The position numbers and the translations under genes were made by a program. Under the pieces are notes generated by a model that saw only the letters and a program-made list of their open reading frames with translations, had not been told where the DNA came from and did not search any database. DNA of 53,844 nt from Bdellovibrionia bacterium. Lineage in GTDB: Bacteria > Bdellovibrionota > UBA1018. Each line of letters begins with the position of its first letter. The first letter of the stretch is position 1. Of the stretch, positions 45,651-53,844 are shown one piece after another. The DNA is taken from positions 1-53,844 of the forward strand of contig JBMSSC010000002.1 of the NCBI GenBank assembly GCA_049424145.1. Direction: 5' to 3'.

Positions 45651-46265
45651 ATGGTCCTACTAGCGGCTTCTGCAGCGTTTATTGGTTTAGTTCATTCCCT
45701 GGCTCCCGGTCACTGGCTCCCTGTGGTGCTTATGGCGAAAGCCCGGCATTGGCCCATGCGGAAGGCCCTCTTTGGTGCTTTGCTCGTGGCATCTGGGCAT
45801 ATCCTTCTTTCGGTCGTCTTAGGCGTGATTTCTATTTACTTGGAGCTTCATTTCTTAGAGGCCTATGAGCATTTGATTGAGCAATTTGCCGGTTTGGGGC
45901 TGATTGTGTTTGGGTTAATCTATGCTGCTTCTTCTTATTTTAGGCATTCGAGTTGTCATGGGCATACGCACCATGGCCCCGATCCTAAGGATCAAAACGC
46001 GCCCTATTGGTTTCTTCTTTCCTTGGGGTTTACTCCGTGTGTGGCTGCGATTCCTATCTTCCTCACTGCGGCCTCCAGGGGATCTTTCAGTGCTTTGTTC
46101 TCGTTTATTGCGTTTTCATGTGGGGTTTTAGGGGCCCTAATCAGCGCCACGTATTTTTTCTCCAAAGGGCTGTTGAAGTTGGATCATCCCATTTTTGAAC
46201 ATTACGGAGACGTCATCACTGGGGGCAGCGTTTTTGTGATGGGAGCGATTTTGTTTTTTTTCTAG
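45651..46265 (+). CDS. Metal-ion transporter-like membrane protein with His-rich loop (NicO/RcnA-like)
   Basis: GLVHSLAPGHWLPV resembles the HxxxPGH signature of nickel/cobalt transporters. The central loop is HSSCHGHTHHGPDP. There are about 6 TM segments. The track start TTG 45624 is also possible. Confidence 0.45.
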   Translation: MVLLAASAAFIGLVHSLAPGHWLPVVLMAKARHWPMRKALFGALLVASGHILLSVVLGVISIYLELHFLEAYEHLIEQFAGLGLIVFGLIYAASSYFRHSSCHGHTHHGPDPKDQNAPYWFLLSLGFTPCVAAIPIFLTAASRGSFSALFSFIAFSCGVLGALISATYFFSKGLLKLDHPIFEHYGDVITGGSVFVMGAILFFF

Positions 46266-46397
46266 AGTCGTTGGGTTTGAGGATGAAGCGGGCATCTGCC
46301 TCAGTTTGGCGTCTTTTCTTCGAGGCTCCTTTTGGGTGGGATGGAAAGGAACACGAGCCCGACTTGACAGTTTCAGTTTTGTGTTCATTCTTCTGCT

Positions 46398-46748
46398 ATG
46401 CCTCTTTACGAATACCAATGTCTCCAGTGTGAAAAAGTCCATGAAGTCATGCAAAAATTTTCAGATGCCCCCTTGCAGACTTGTCCTGAGTGCCAGGGGA
46501 GTGTCACAAAGCTCATGAGCTTAAGTTCATTTGCGCTGAAAGGGAGCGGTTGGTACACGACCGATTATAAAAAATCCAAATCCTCTGGAGGGAGTACCGC
46601 AGGAGCAGGGGCCGCAGGGTCGAAGGAAGCTTCTGCTCCCTCGACTCAGCCTACTACGCAGCCCGCACCCGCTTCATCAGCTGCTCAGGCGTCTGCCTCA
46701 TCGTCAGAAGCTGCCGGGTCGGCAAAAAAAGAGACGACCTCGCCTTAA
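46398..46748 (+). CDS. FmdB-family zinc-ribbon protein with low-complexity tail
   Basis: MPLYEYQCLQCEKVHEV...CPECQGSVTKL has the CxxC...CxxC arrangement and the typical FmdB N-terminus. The C-terminal tail is A/S/G-rich. Confidence 0.8.
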   Translation: MPLYEYQCLQCEKVHEVMQKFSDAPLQTCPECQGSVTKLMSLSSFALKGSGWYTTDYKKSKSSGGSTAGAGAAGSKEASAPSTQPTTQPAPASSAAQASASSSEAAGSAKKETTSP

Positions 46749-46845
46749 AGACTCACTTCGGCTCAGGTTTATAGGCTGAAAGAGAGGAAAAGCGGACCAT
46801 CGTCTCGAGAATTTGTGCCTCGGGAGTTTCTATGCCCCGCAGTCT

Positions 46846-47196
46846 TTAGATCTTTTTTTCGGAAGATGAAGAGTGAGCCGTGTTCAGGGGTTTTCCGTGA
46901 TTCTGACAGATCGAAAAAAGCTTGTCGAAGTGATAAATTCCGGTGCTGTGTCCGTCATTCCAGGTGATTTGAATCGCATATCGACCCACGGGCTGAGCAT
47001 TTAACGGGCGAACGTCAGCAGCAATCGAGGTCTTTTGAATGGTTCGCTGGCCGGTGTGTTCGTCCACGCACCCCGCGCAAGGGCAGAGAAACCTCAGCTC
47101 CGCGTAGGGAACCGAGTAGCTTTCTCCCGTATTCCACTGCACGTGCAGTTCAATGGGACTAAGGGGTTCAATTCGTGTGGGTGTCGAAAAACTCAT
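46846..47196 (-). CDS. DUF971 (gamma-butyrobetaine hydroxylase-like N-terminal) domain protein
   Basis: LHVQWNTGESYSVPYAELRFLCPCAGCVDEHTGQR and ITWNDGHSTGIYHFDKL match the DUF971 pattern. Confidence 0.75.
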   Translation of the reverse strand: MSFSTPTRIEPLSPIELHVQWNTGESYSVPYAELRFLCPCAGCVDEHTGQRTIQKTSIAADVRPLNAQPVGRYAIQITWNDGHSTGIYHFDKLFSICQNHGKPLNTAHSSSSEKKI

Positions 47197-48100
47197 GGAT
47201 CAGGGTATACCACAATTGTGCGCCAACGCAATCAACGGTGGATTTCGATTCGACTCAGTCCAAGCAAGTCGGTGGTTTTTCTTGTTTTTCTCGCCTATCT
47301 GGTTTTTACTCAATCTCGTGCCAATCAAAAAAACAACGCGCTCGTTTGTCACCATTCTGGGAGAATTCACGCTTTTTGTCGGGGAGACTCTGCGTTCCTT
47401 TCAGTTGCTCTGGAAGAGGCGTGGGTTGTTTCTCAAACAATGTGAGTTCATTGGTGTTCAGTCCCTTGGCATTGTGACGGTAGCAGCGGTTTTTTTAGGT
47501 GCGGTCTTAGGCTACCAACTCTACATGACTCTTCATCGCTTTGGAGCAGAGGCGCTCTTAGGGGGAAGTGTCGGGGTGAGTTTGATCCGGGAGATGGGAC
47601 CGGTCATGTGTGGTATCATGGTGACGGGTCGGGCTGGTGCTGCTATGGCAGCGGAGCTCGCCAGTATGAGGATTTCCGAGCAGATCGATGCCTTAGAAGT
47701 CATGGCGATTGATCCCTTTGAGTACCTGGTCGCCCCTCGCGTCGCAGCCGGAGTCTTGGTGATGCCCATTTTGGCCATTTTTTTTTCCTTGATCGGAACA
47801 GTCGCCGCTTCAGGCATTGCCTGCGGGGTGATGGGGCTTCAATCCACTATTTTTTGGCATCAGTTCTTAAAAATGGTAGACCCAATCGATATTGTTCACT
47901 GTTTAGTTAAGTCAGCGGAGTTTGGATTAGCTTTTAGCTGGATTGGGTGTTTTTTTGGCTTCCGAGCTCATGGTGGGGCTTTAGCAGTCGGTCAGGCAAC
48001 CCGGTCCACCGTAGTGATGAGCTGTTTGACCATCTTACTGAGTGACTATTTGATTACTTCTTTACTCCCCTTTGGATTTAAGAAGCTTGAGGTAATGTAG
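47195..48100 (+). CDS. mlaE: MlaE-family ABC transporter permease
   Basis: GVQSLGIVTVAAVFLGAVLGYQ, REMGPVMCGIMVTGRAGAAMAAELASMRISEQIDALEVMAIDP (the signature MlaE core) and a C-terminal TM block. The start is uncertain because ATG 47195 overlaps the divergent gene's ATG. Confidence 0.85.
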   Translation: MDQGIPQLCANAINGGFRFDSVQASRWFFLFFSPIWFLLNLVPIKKTTRSFVTILGEFTLFVGETLRSFQLLWKRRGLFLKQCEFIGVQSLGIVTVAAVFLGAVLGYQLYMTLHRFGAEALLGGSVGVSLIREMGPVMCGIMVTGRAGAAMAAELASMRISEQIDALEVMAIDPFEYLVAPRVAAGVLVMPILAIFFSLIGTVAASGIACGVMGLQSTIFWHQFLKMVDPIDIVHCLVKSAEFGLAFSWIGCFFGFRAHGGALAVGQATRSTVVMSCLTILLSDYLITSLLPFGFKKLEVM

Positions 48101-49612
48101 ATGACGAATCATGCAACGGCAGCCACGAAGTACAAGGTGGGAATTTTCACAGCAATTGGATTCTTTCTTATTTTCTTTATTACCATCGTGGTCAATAACC
48201 GGCCCTACTGGTGGAAGTCCTGTCAGTTGGTGAAGATTAATGTAGAGGATGCCACCGGAATTAAGACGAAATCCCCTATTCGTTCCTTGGGTATTGAGAT
48301 CGGCTATTTGAGCACGGTGGAGCTCACTGAGTCTCACGTCACTCTGGGGATTTGTCTGACTGCTCCTGTGGAGGTCTTGCCCGATACTCGTGCGTATATT
48401 CGAGGGGAGGGATTTTTGGGCGATAAGTTTGTTGAACTCAAGCCCATTAAGTACATTGGCAATTCACACGAGCCGTCTGAGGAAAATCACCCCAGCTCAA
48501 AATCGATGCAGCAGAGTTTCCGCCCTCAATCGAAGAAGCATTGGTTGGCTCATTTGAGTTCTTGGATCTTGCCCAGTGCCCATGCAGCAGTGGAAACACC
48601 TCAAACTCGCTCCCTAGCCTCGCTCTCAGCTTCCCCTTCTGTTCCGAAGCGAGCACCAGCCCAAGAAGGCAAAGACAGTCGTGAAATTCCCTTGGGTCAA
48701 CAAAGTGAAGACGTCCAACACTTAGTGGAGCGCGTGGATGATCTGGTTCAAGAAATGAGTGGGATGACCTCGAATCTGAAAAAGTCCATCGACCCAAACG
48801 AGATGAAGCGGACCTTAGACCAGCTCAATGCCACACTCCTGAGCGCAAATCGAACGCTTTCGCCTGAGGGGGGACTGAATCAGACGGCTCAACGCGCTTT
48901 AGTCAAGCTTGAGGATGCCATCGAGCAGCTTCGGGATCTGATGACTCGAGTCAATAAAGGCGAAGGCTCCGTGGGAATGCTGTTAAACGATCCCGCCTAT
49001 GCGGAAGAAATCCGTCAAGCGATGAAGAACTTAAACCGGCTTTTAAATCGAGTCGCCGAAGTACGCTTCATTGTCGACTTAGGCGGAGCCCTCATGCCCG
49101 CGACCGCTGGGGGAAGGGCGTATTTTAACTTGGCAATCTGGCCTAGAAAAGATCGTTATTATCTGTTGGGAGTCGCTTCGGATCCCCGAGGTCGAATCTT
49201 AAATACCGTGACCACCACCCGCGCGGGGGGTTTGACTCAGACGGTGGAAACTCAGGTTCAGGATCAAACTGCAATTTTAGTCACGGCAATGATCGGGAAA
49301 GTCTTTTGGAATCGCCTCGATCTCTCGGTGGGAGCATTGTATGGCGACGGAGCGGCCAGTCTCAAGCTCAACCTGGGTCCTGAAGGCAGCGAAGAGATGG
49401 TTCAAATTCGAAACGATGTTTACCTCAGAACCAATTCTGCAGGCATTGATGACCGACTTTACCTCTCGTTTCGTCCTCATCCCCATGTCTATCTTTTGGG
49501 AGGCGTGGAATCCTTTAAAAATAGCTCCGGAGCGTTTCAGCCCAGCTTTCTCTATGGCGCTGGGATGAGCTTTGATGACGATGACATTAAGCTTCTGTTT
49601 TCCTTACGCTAG
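48101..49612 (+). CDS. MCE/MlaD-domain protein with long C-terminal extension
   Basis: The ATG abuts the mlaE stop. It has an N-terminal TM segment (VGIFTAIGFFLIFFITIVV) and an MCE domain (VEDATGIKTKSPIRSLGIEIGYLSTVEL, GFLGDKFVELKP). These are followed by a helical region and a ~170-aa beta-rich tail. Confidence 0.75.
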   Translation: MTNHATAATKYKVGIFTAIGFFLIFFITIVVNNRPYWWKSCQLVKINVEDATGIKTKSPIRSLGIEIGYLSTVELTESHVTLGICLTAPVEVLPDTRAYIRGEGFLGDKFVELKPIKYIGNSHEPSEENHPSSKSMQQSFRPQSKKHWLAHLSSWILPSAHAAVETPQTRSLASLSASPSVPKRAPAQEGKDSREIPLGQQSEDVQHLVERVDDLVQEMSGMTSNLKKSIDPNEMKRTLDQLNATLLSANRTLSPEGGLNQTAQRALVKLEDAIEQLRDLMTRVNKGEGSVGMLLNDPAYAEEIRQAMKNLNRLLNRVAEVRFIVDLGGALMPATAGGRAYFNLAIWPRKDRYYLLGVASDPRGRILNTVTTTRAGGLTQTVETQVQDQTAILVTAMIGKVFWNRLDLSVGALYGDGAASLKLNLGPEGSEEMVQIRNDVYLRTNSAGIDDRLYLSFRPHPHVYLLGGVESFKNSSGAFQPSFLYGAGMSFDDDDIKLLFSLR

Positions 49613-49634
49613 GGGAGCCGTGGAGTCGGTTCGT

Positions 49635-50132
49635 TTAATGATTTCCCGGGGATTGGTTTAAGTAATCATAAAGGGCTTGGATTTCATTTTTCAGATGAGG
49701 CAGGGCTTGCATGATGTGCGAGGCTCGTTTTGGAGTGTAGCCTTTGGGGTATTCTCCTCTCAGAATTCGGGCTTCAAGCAATTCCTTGGATGATCCATAG
49801 ACGTCTGGCCCAATAGAGCCACTTCTTTTGGGATCCGAGTGATGACAAGCAGTGCATTGGGTCTGATACACAACCTTGCCACGTTGAATGGATAGGGTCA
49901 TGGGGTCTTGGGGGGTTTCAGGTGCTTTGGGGGTGCAGGCGAATAAGAAGGCAAGGGTCCCATGCAAAATCAGTAAAGTGAAGGATTGAATCAAAGGCTT
50001 GGCTCCTGGTTGAGGGGTGGGCTGGGGTGGCGTATCTTTTAGGGTATCATCGATTTGAGATCCACAGACTAAAAGTCTGAGTCGATCTCGAGAGGGTTTT
50101 ATGAGTCGGATAAAAGCGCCACAGGGATGCAT
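49635..50132 (-). CDS. Class I c-type cytochrome, probable lipoprotein
   Basis: A single CTACHH heme-binding motif with a distal Met candidate (HIMQALP). A lipobox-like LAFLFAC suggests a start internal to the track ORF, for example the TTG at the PLIQSF position. Confidence 0.7.
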   Translation of the reverse strand: MHPCGAFIRLIKPSRDRLRLLVCGSQIDDTLKDTPPQPTPQPGAKPLIQSFTLLILHGTLAFLFACTPKAPETPQDPMTLSIQRGKVVYQTQCTACHHSDPKRSGSIGPDVYGSSKELLEARILRGEYPKGYTPKRASHIMQALPHLKNEIQALYDYLNQSPGNH

Positions 50133-50193
50133 GATGTATCGCTTGATCTTATCAAAATATGAAAAATTCGTCGAGGACCTGAGAGGGAATCAG

Positions 50194-50271
50194 AAAAACC
50201 CCCGATTCTGGTCTTTTCTGGGCCCGAAAGGAGGATCCTCTCGGGTGAGAAAGACTGAACCGGGGGTTTTT
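50194..50271. terminator. A-run / GC stem / T-run structured element between the PuuD-like and cytochrome c genes
   Basis: AAAAACCCCCG (50194-50204) is the exact reverse complement of CGGGGGTTTTT (50261-50271). An inner CCCGA...TCGGG hairpin contains the GAGGATCCTC palindrome. The element begins 18 nt downstream of the minus-strand stop at 50289. Confidence 0.35.
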
Positions 50272-50288
50272 TAAAACCGAGTCGAACC

Positions 50289-50990
50289 TTAGGCGCAGAT
50301 CTCCACCAGGCCGTAGAGAACCGCGGCTAGGGCAAATCCGCAATGAATCACCCCTCGCACCGTGGTAAGAGGGCCCGTCTTGCCTCGAAGCGCATTCCAC
50401 TCCAGTGCCAGTAAAATCACAGCAAAGCTTCCTGCTAACGCTCCGTAGTGACTCGTGGGACTCATGTTGAAGGACAAGTGGCTTGCCGCTCCCATGAAAA
50501 ATAACATGGGGATGGAGAACATGGTGTTGGTTCGAGAGGCGACTAAAGCGCGCGCTCCCGCTGCAGCCGCCTCCGGCAGAGCTGCTCCGCCTTGAGCCAC
50601 TTTCTCAGCCGAGGCGATGACGATCTTTTGGTTTGGCCAGATCACAAACCACACGTTTCCCCACATGAATAGACCTAGGGTCATCCCCATTAGAATCGTG
50701 ACTCCGTAGGAGGTGGTAAATAGATCGAATCCTCCTAAGTGGCCCTTGATAGCCAAGTAGGTAAGACCCGTGATCACCGTGAACATCGCTCCCCAGCGAA
50801 ACCACCAAAGGGCTCGCGGAAGAAGTTTCTGGATCGCATTGGACTTGGTCGTGGCATCCGTCTCGGCAAAAAAAGCGCCTTGAACAAAGTTAAAGTAATA
50901 GAGCAATCCAATCCAGATGATTCCAAAAAAGAAATGGAACCATCGGAGGAGGAACATTGCTCCGTCTAAATTAAAGAGTGCTAGATTCAT
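50289..50990 (-). CDS. Polytopic membrane protein resembling the N-terminal membrane domain of urate hydroxylase PuuD
   Basis: LLRWFHFFFGIIWIGLLYYFNFVQ resembles the conserved opening helix of the PuuD / urate-oxidase-N family. There are about 6 TM helices. A c-type cytochrome gene follows on the same strand. This is motif-level only. Confidence 0.4.
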   Translation of the reverse strand: MNLALFNLDGAMFLLRWFHFFFGIIWIGLLYYFNFVQGAFFAETDATTKSNAIQKLLPRALWWFRWGAMFTVITGLTYLAIKGHLGGFDLFTTSYGVTILMGMTLGLFMWGNVWFVIWPNQKIVIASAEKVAQGGAALPEAAAAGARALVASRTNTMFSIPMLFFMGAASHLSFNMSPTSHYGALAGSFAVILLALEWNALRGKTGPLTTVRGVIHCGFALAAVLYGLVEICA

Positions 50991-51040
50991 CGTTCGAGTT
51001 CTCCCAAATAAGTAAATGAGTTATTTTTTTCGTGGTTATA

Positions 51041-51085
51041 CCACCAGCCCCGTCAAAACGACATGCGTTTTGACGGGGCTGGTGG
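51041..51085. promoter_or_regulatory. Perfect 20-bp-arm inverted repeat (45-nt palindrome) in a divergent intergenic region
   Basis: CCACCAGCCCCGTCAAAACG (51041-60), a loop ACATG, then CGTTTTGACGGGGCTGGTGG (51066-85). The flanking A/T at 51040 and 51086 also pair. It lies between the divergent starts at 50990 (-) and 51178 (+). Confidence 0.9.
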
Positions 51086-51177
51086 TGCACTCGTGTTCTT
51101 GGGTTAGGTTCACGAAGTGGAGGTAAGCCTTGATCCAGGGTTTTCTCCTCGGGGACTTTACTGGTAGACTTGAAGGC

Positions 51178-52425
51178 ATGCTCAGGTTCACTGTTGGAAT
51201 CCGTCGGATGGTTCAAGGATTGACGTTGATGATCGGTCTCTTCCCGATCCCATCGCAAGCCGTTCCTCAAAAACTGTCATTTTCAACGGGAGCGGCTTCC
51301 GGGGTGTTTATCCAAACCCTGCAGTACCAAAGGGCTTTGTTGAAGCCACTTTCAATGAAACGAGAGTTTTTCCTCTCCAAGCATGAGATTGAAGAACTAA
51401 AGGCCATGGAAACGGAGGAGTATTTTCCCTTAACCTGGAGAGTGGGACTAGGGTTTGGCTACTTTGAATCTCCTGCCAGAGCGACAATTCCCAAGATTAC
51501 GGATCTCTCGTTCTCGTTTCAGTCCGGATTGGATTGGGCGTGGTCTCAGAGGGTTCAGTTGGATGTCGGAATTGGCCTTGATGCGATTCCGTTGGAAAGC
51601 TACAATCATGGGGTTTTACTCGTGAACCTCTGGGTCACGCTTCCTTTAGGCTCCACCAAAAAAGGCTCCAACAGCGCAGCGCCTCAGTCTCCGCCCGTTG
51701 AGGGAGGAAGCTTGAGTCCCTCTTTATCTGGAGGGATTCCAAAAGAAAATGCTTTCTTGGAGCTGGATTTGGCTGAGGATTACTATGAACGGAAGGTTCA
51801 ATATCGATCCGAAATTGACAGAAAAGTCGCCGCCGTCACTGAAGATCCCTCACCTGAACCCCCTTTGCCTTACCCTCAGCTCAAGCTCGGGCCTTTTATG
51901 CACTTTGCAACCCATCTGTTTAATCCTAAAAGGTTCAGTAACCCAGCACTTGGATCATTGGATGAGACTCAAAAACTAAATCAGACTCTGATGGGGCTTC
52001 AAGCGCAGTTTCTCAACGCTCACGGATTGATTCTGAGGCTGGCCGGTGGGTTCTGGTTTTATGACCAGAGTTCAACTCCGTATTTGTCCTACTGGGATTT
52101 GGGCATGGCGCAGCGGACTCCCCTGGTTTCCAAAATCGGGCTGACCTTGGAGACGAATCAGTTTAGTCTCTTCCCTGATTTTGCAATGGATCAAGGCATC
52201 ACCATTCCTATTAATGAAAAGAATCGACTTGAGCTTTCGTTGAATGAGACGTTTTTTCCTCCATCATCCGGTATGCGCCCCAGAGTATCAGGAACTCTGA
52301 GTTACGAAAGAAAACTCAGTACCTCGTGGTCAATTTTTGTGGAGCCAACCATGGTCTATAGTTTAAGCGCTGGGACTGCAGTCTTAGGGATGCTCAGGCT
52401 CTCCTATGCTGCGCCATCTTCTTAG
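51178..52425 (+). CDS. Hypothetical secreted / outer-membrane-like protein
   Basis: ATG 51178 gives MLRFTVGIRRMVQGLTLMIGLFPIPSQA, which is signal-like. The track start at 51130 is a TTG. The sequence is beta-strand-rich with alternating hydrophobicity. No family recognised. Confidence 0.5.
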   Translation: MLRFTVGIRRMVQGLTLMIGLFPIPSQAVPQKLSFSTGAASGVFIQTLQYQRALLKPLSMKREFFLSKHEIEELKAMETEEYFPLTWRVGLGFGYFESPARATIPKITDLSFSFQSGLDWAWSQRVQLDVGIGLDAIPLESYNHGVLLVNLWVTLPLGSTKKGSNSAAPQSPPVEGGSLSPSLSGGIPKENAFLELDLAEDYYERKVQYRSEIDRKVAAVTEDPSPEPPLPYPQLKLGPFMHFATHLFNPKRFSNPALGSLDETQKLNQTLMGLQAQFLNAHGLILRLAGGFWFYDQSSTPYLSYWDLGMAQRTPLVSKIGLTLETNQFSLFPDFAMDQGITIPINEKNRLELSLNETFFPPSSGMRPRVSGTLSYERKLSTSWSIFVEPTMVYSLSAGTAVLGMLRLSYAAPSS

Positions 52426-52460
52426 GGGAAATCGAGTTTTTATTTTTACTTTTTTTCGCT

Positions 52461-53720
52461 TCAAGGCCCTGGGGGAGTTTCAGAAACGTCTCGTTCTGAG
52501 AGGCCCAGAAGATAGAGGATAGACTTCATGTTTTTCTGGCTCAGAGCGAGGTTCGCTCGTTCTCGCACTACGGGTTTTGCATTAAAGGCAATTCCAAGGC
52601 CCGCTTTTTCAAGCATGAGAAGGTCATTGGCACCATCCCCGACGGCAATCACCTGGTCAAGTTCAATGCGCTCCTGTTGGGCAATCACGTCCAAGAGATC
52701 AGCCTTTCTCTGCGCATCGACGATGGGGGGGATGACCTCTCCGGTGAGGAATCCATGACTCATCTCCAAAGTGTTGGCATAGGCAAAGTCAATGCCGAGT
52801 TTCTGCTTGAGGCGGTCAGCGACGAAGGTAAAACCCCCACTAATCACCGCTGTTTTATAGCCCAGTTTTTTTAAAACCCGGATCATTTCTTGGGCTCCAG
52901 GCGTTAACTCAATTCGTGCATAGACTCGTTCTAGATCGGCAGAGCTGAGTCCCTCCAGTGTCCTGCAGCGGAGCTTGAGGCTCTCGGTGAATCCTATTTT
53001 TCCCATCATGGCGCTTTCCGTGATGGCAGACACTTGTGGGTAAACGCCTTTTTCACGAGCTAATTCATCAATGACTTCGCTTTGGATCAAAGTTGAGTCC
53101 ATATCAAAGACTACGAGTCGTTTTGCCCGCCGATAGAGACACTCCTTTTGAAGGGCAATGTCCACGCCTTGCTGTTTGGAGATGTCCATGAGTTTGGCTC
53201 GCAGCGAGGTTTCGCTGAGCGCCTTTTCAGAGCTCACAAGCATTTCAACGCAAGAAAAGCTAGCATCGCTCAGTCGCTTCATCAGATCAATGGTGAGGTT
53301 TTCCTGGGCCAAAACGGCAGTTACCTGGTGCAGCGCTTGGGCTGTGATCGGATCCGCTAAAAGCGTGATGGCATAGGGATGAGGGACACTCCCCTGGGCC
53401 TTGCTGGGATCGGTGGAGGGATGAGTCAACGGCTGAACCTCAAGAGTGAGTTTGAGTTGCTCTGCTTTTTTTAAAAGTTCGGCTTGAAGCTGAGTGAGAC
53501 GCGTCTTGTTGGGATCGAAGGTGAATTGAATGGAAAGTGAAAAGAGTTTTTGAATCACCGATTGAGCCATGTCCTGAATCTCAACTTGATGAGAGGCCAG
53601 AAGGTGAGTGATCTCAGCTGGGACTTCTGGGGCATAGGGTCCTGAAGCTTGGACCAAAATCGGAAGGGAGCCATCAGGGGTGGGTGTACCTGCTTTTGGC
53701 TTAGAAAAAAATAGAGTCAT
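52461..53720 (-). CDS. serB: Phosphoserine phosphatase SerB with N-terminal ACT-like domains
   Basis: HAD motifs are VVFDMDSTLI (DxDST), ISGGFT, K...D and GDGANDL. The N-terminal ~190 aa resemble tandem ACT domains, as in long SerB forms. Confidence 0.9.
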   Translation of the reverse strand: MTLFFSKPKAGTPTPDGSLPILVQASGPYAPEVPAEITHLLASHQVEIQDMAQSVIQKLFSLSIQFTFDPNKTRLTQLQAELLKKAEQLKLTLEVQPLTHPSTDPSKAQGSVPHPYAITLLADPITAQALHQVTAVLAQENLTIDLMKRLSDASFSCVEMLVSSEKALSETSLRAKLMDISKQQGVDIALQKECLYRRAKRLVVFDMDSTLIQSEVIDELAREKGVYPQVSAITESAMMGKIGFTESLKLRCRTLEGLSSADLERVYARIELTPGAQEMIRVLKKLGYKTAVISGGFTFVADRLKQKLGIDFAYANTLEMSHGFLTGEVIPPIVDAQRKADLLDVIAQQERIELDQVIAVGDGANDLLMLEKAGLGIAFNAKPVVRERANLALSQKNMKSILYLLGLSERDVSETPPGP

Positions 53721-53844
53721 CAGCTGAGTTTATCATAAGTTTTTTCGGATCCTAGGGTCAAAGGGCTGATTTGCAGGGAATTGACATCTTCTCCGGCGTG
53801 AACGCGGGAGATTCCCCGAAGGCGATTCATGTCCGAATCGCTCC

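Overview
This 53.8-kb window comes from a diderm (Gram-negative) bacterium and holds about 50 protein genes and two tRNAs. I found no rRNA, CRISPR array, transposase or integrase. All calls rest on reading the supplied ORF translations and the DNA by eye. No searches were run, so family names are motif-level recognitions, and start codons, domain borders and GC statements are approximate.

The flanks are ordinary housekeeping. The left flank carries a zinc metalloprotease, tgt-yajC-secD-secF-recJ, a rel/spoT homolog, gmk, accA, an FHA-type sigma-54 activator, engB and an LD-carboxypeptidase. The right flank carries a GT87-like membrane protein, a His-rich metal transporter, an FmdB zinc ribbon, DUF971, mlaE plus an MCE protein, a cytochrome c with a PuuD-like membrane protein, and serB.

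The centre (about 21.8-42.5 kb) looks accessory. It is bracketed by tRNA-Leu(CAA) at 21704 and tRNA-Glu(UUC) at 44189. It holds these features, in order:
- a perfect heptamer tandem repeat directly after the tRNA
- a secreted Cys-rich mini-protein
- a 480-bp AT-rich spacer
- a 1491-aa signal-peptide protein ending in an atypical Hanks-type kinase domain
- four translationally coupled genes: a PqqD-like 82-aa protein, an ATP-grasp ligase, an Orn/DAP-family PLP decarboxylase, and a urea-transporter-like channel fused to an M23 peptidase
- a TPR plus beta-barrel outer-membrane protein
- a 1.5-kb coding-poor stretch
- a Spy/CpxP-like protein
- a 646-aa secreted unknown protein
- a Sel1-repeat protein
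- a double-AAA+ Clp-like ATPase with a signal-like N-terminus and an unrecognised 330-aa N-domain

The best candidate for an undescribed system is the kinase plus PqqD / ATP-grasp / decarboxylase / UT-M23 operon at 22717-32131.
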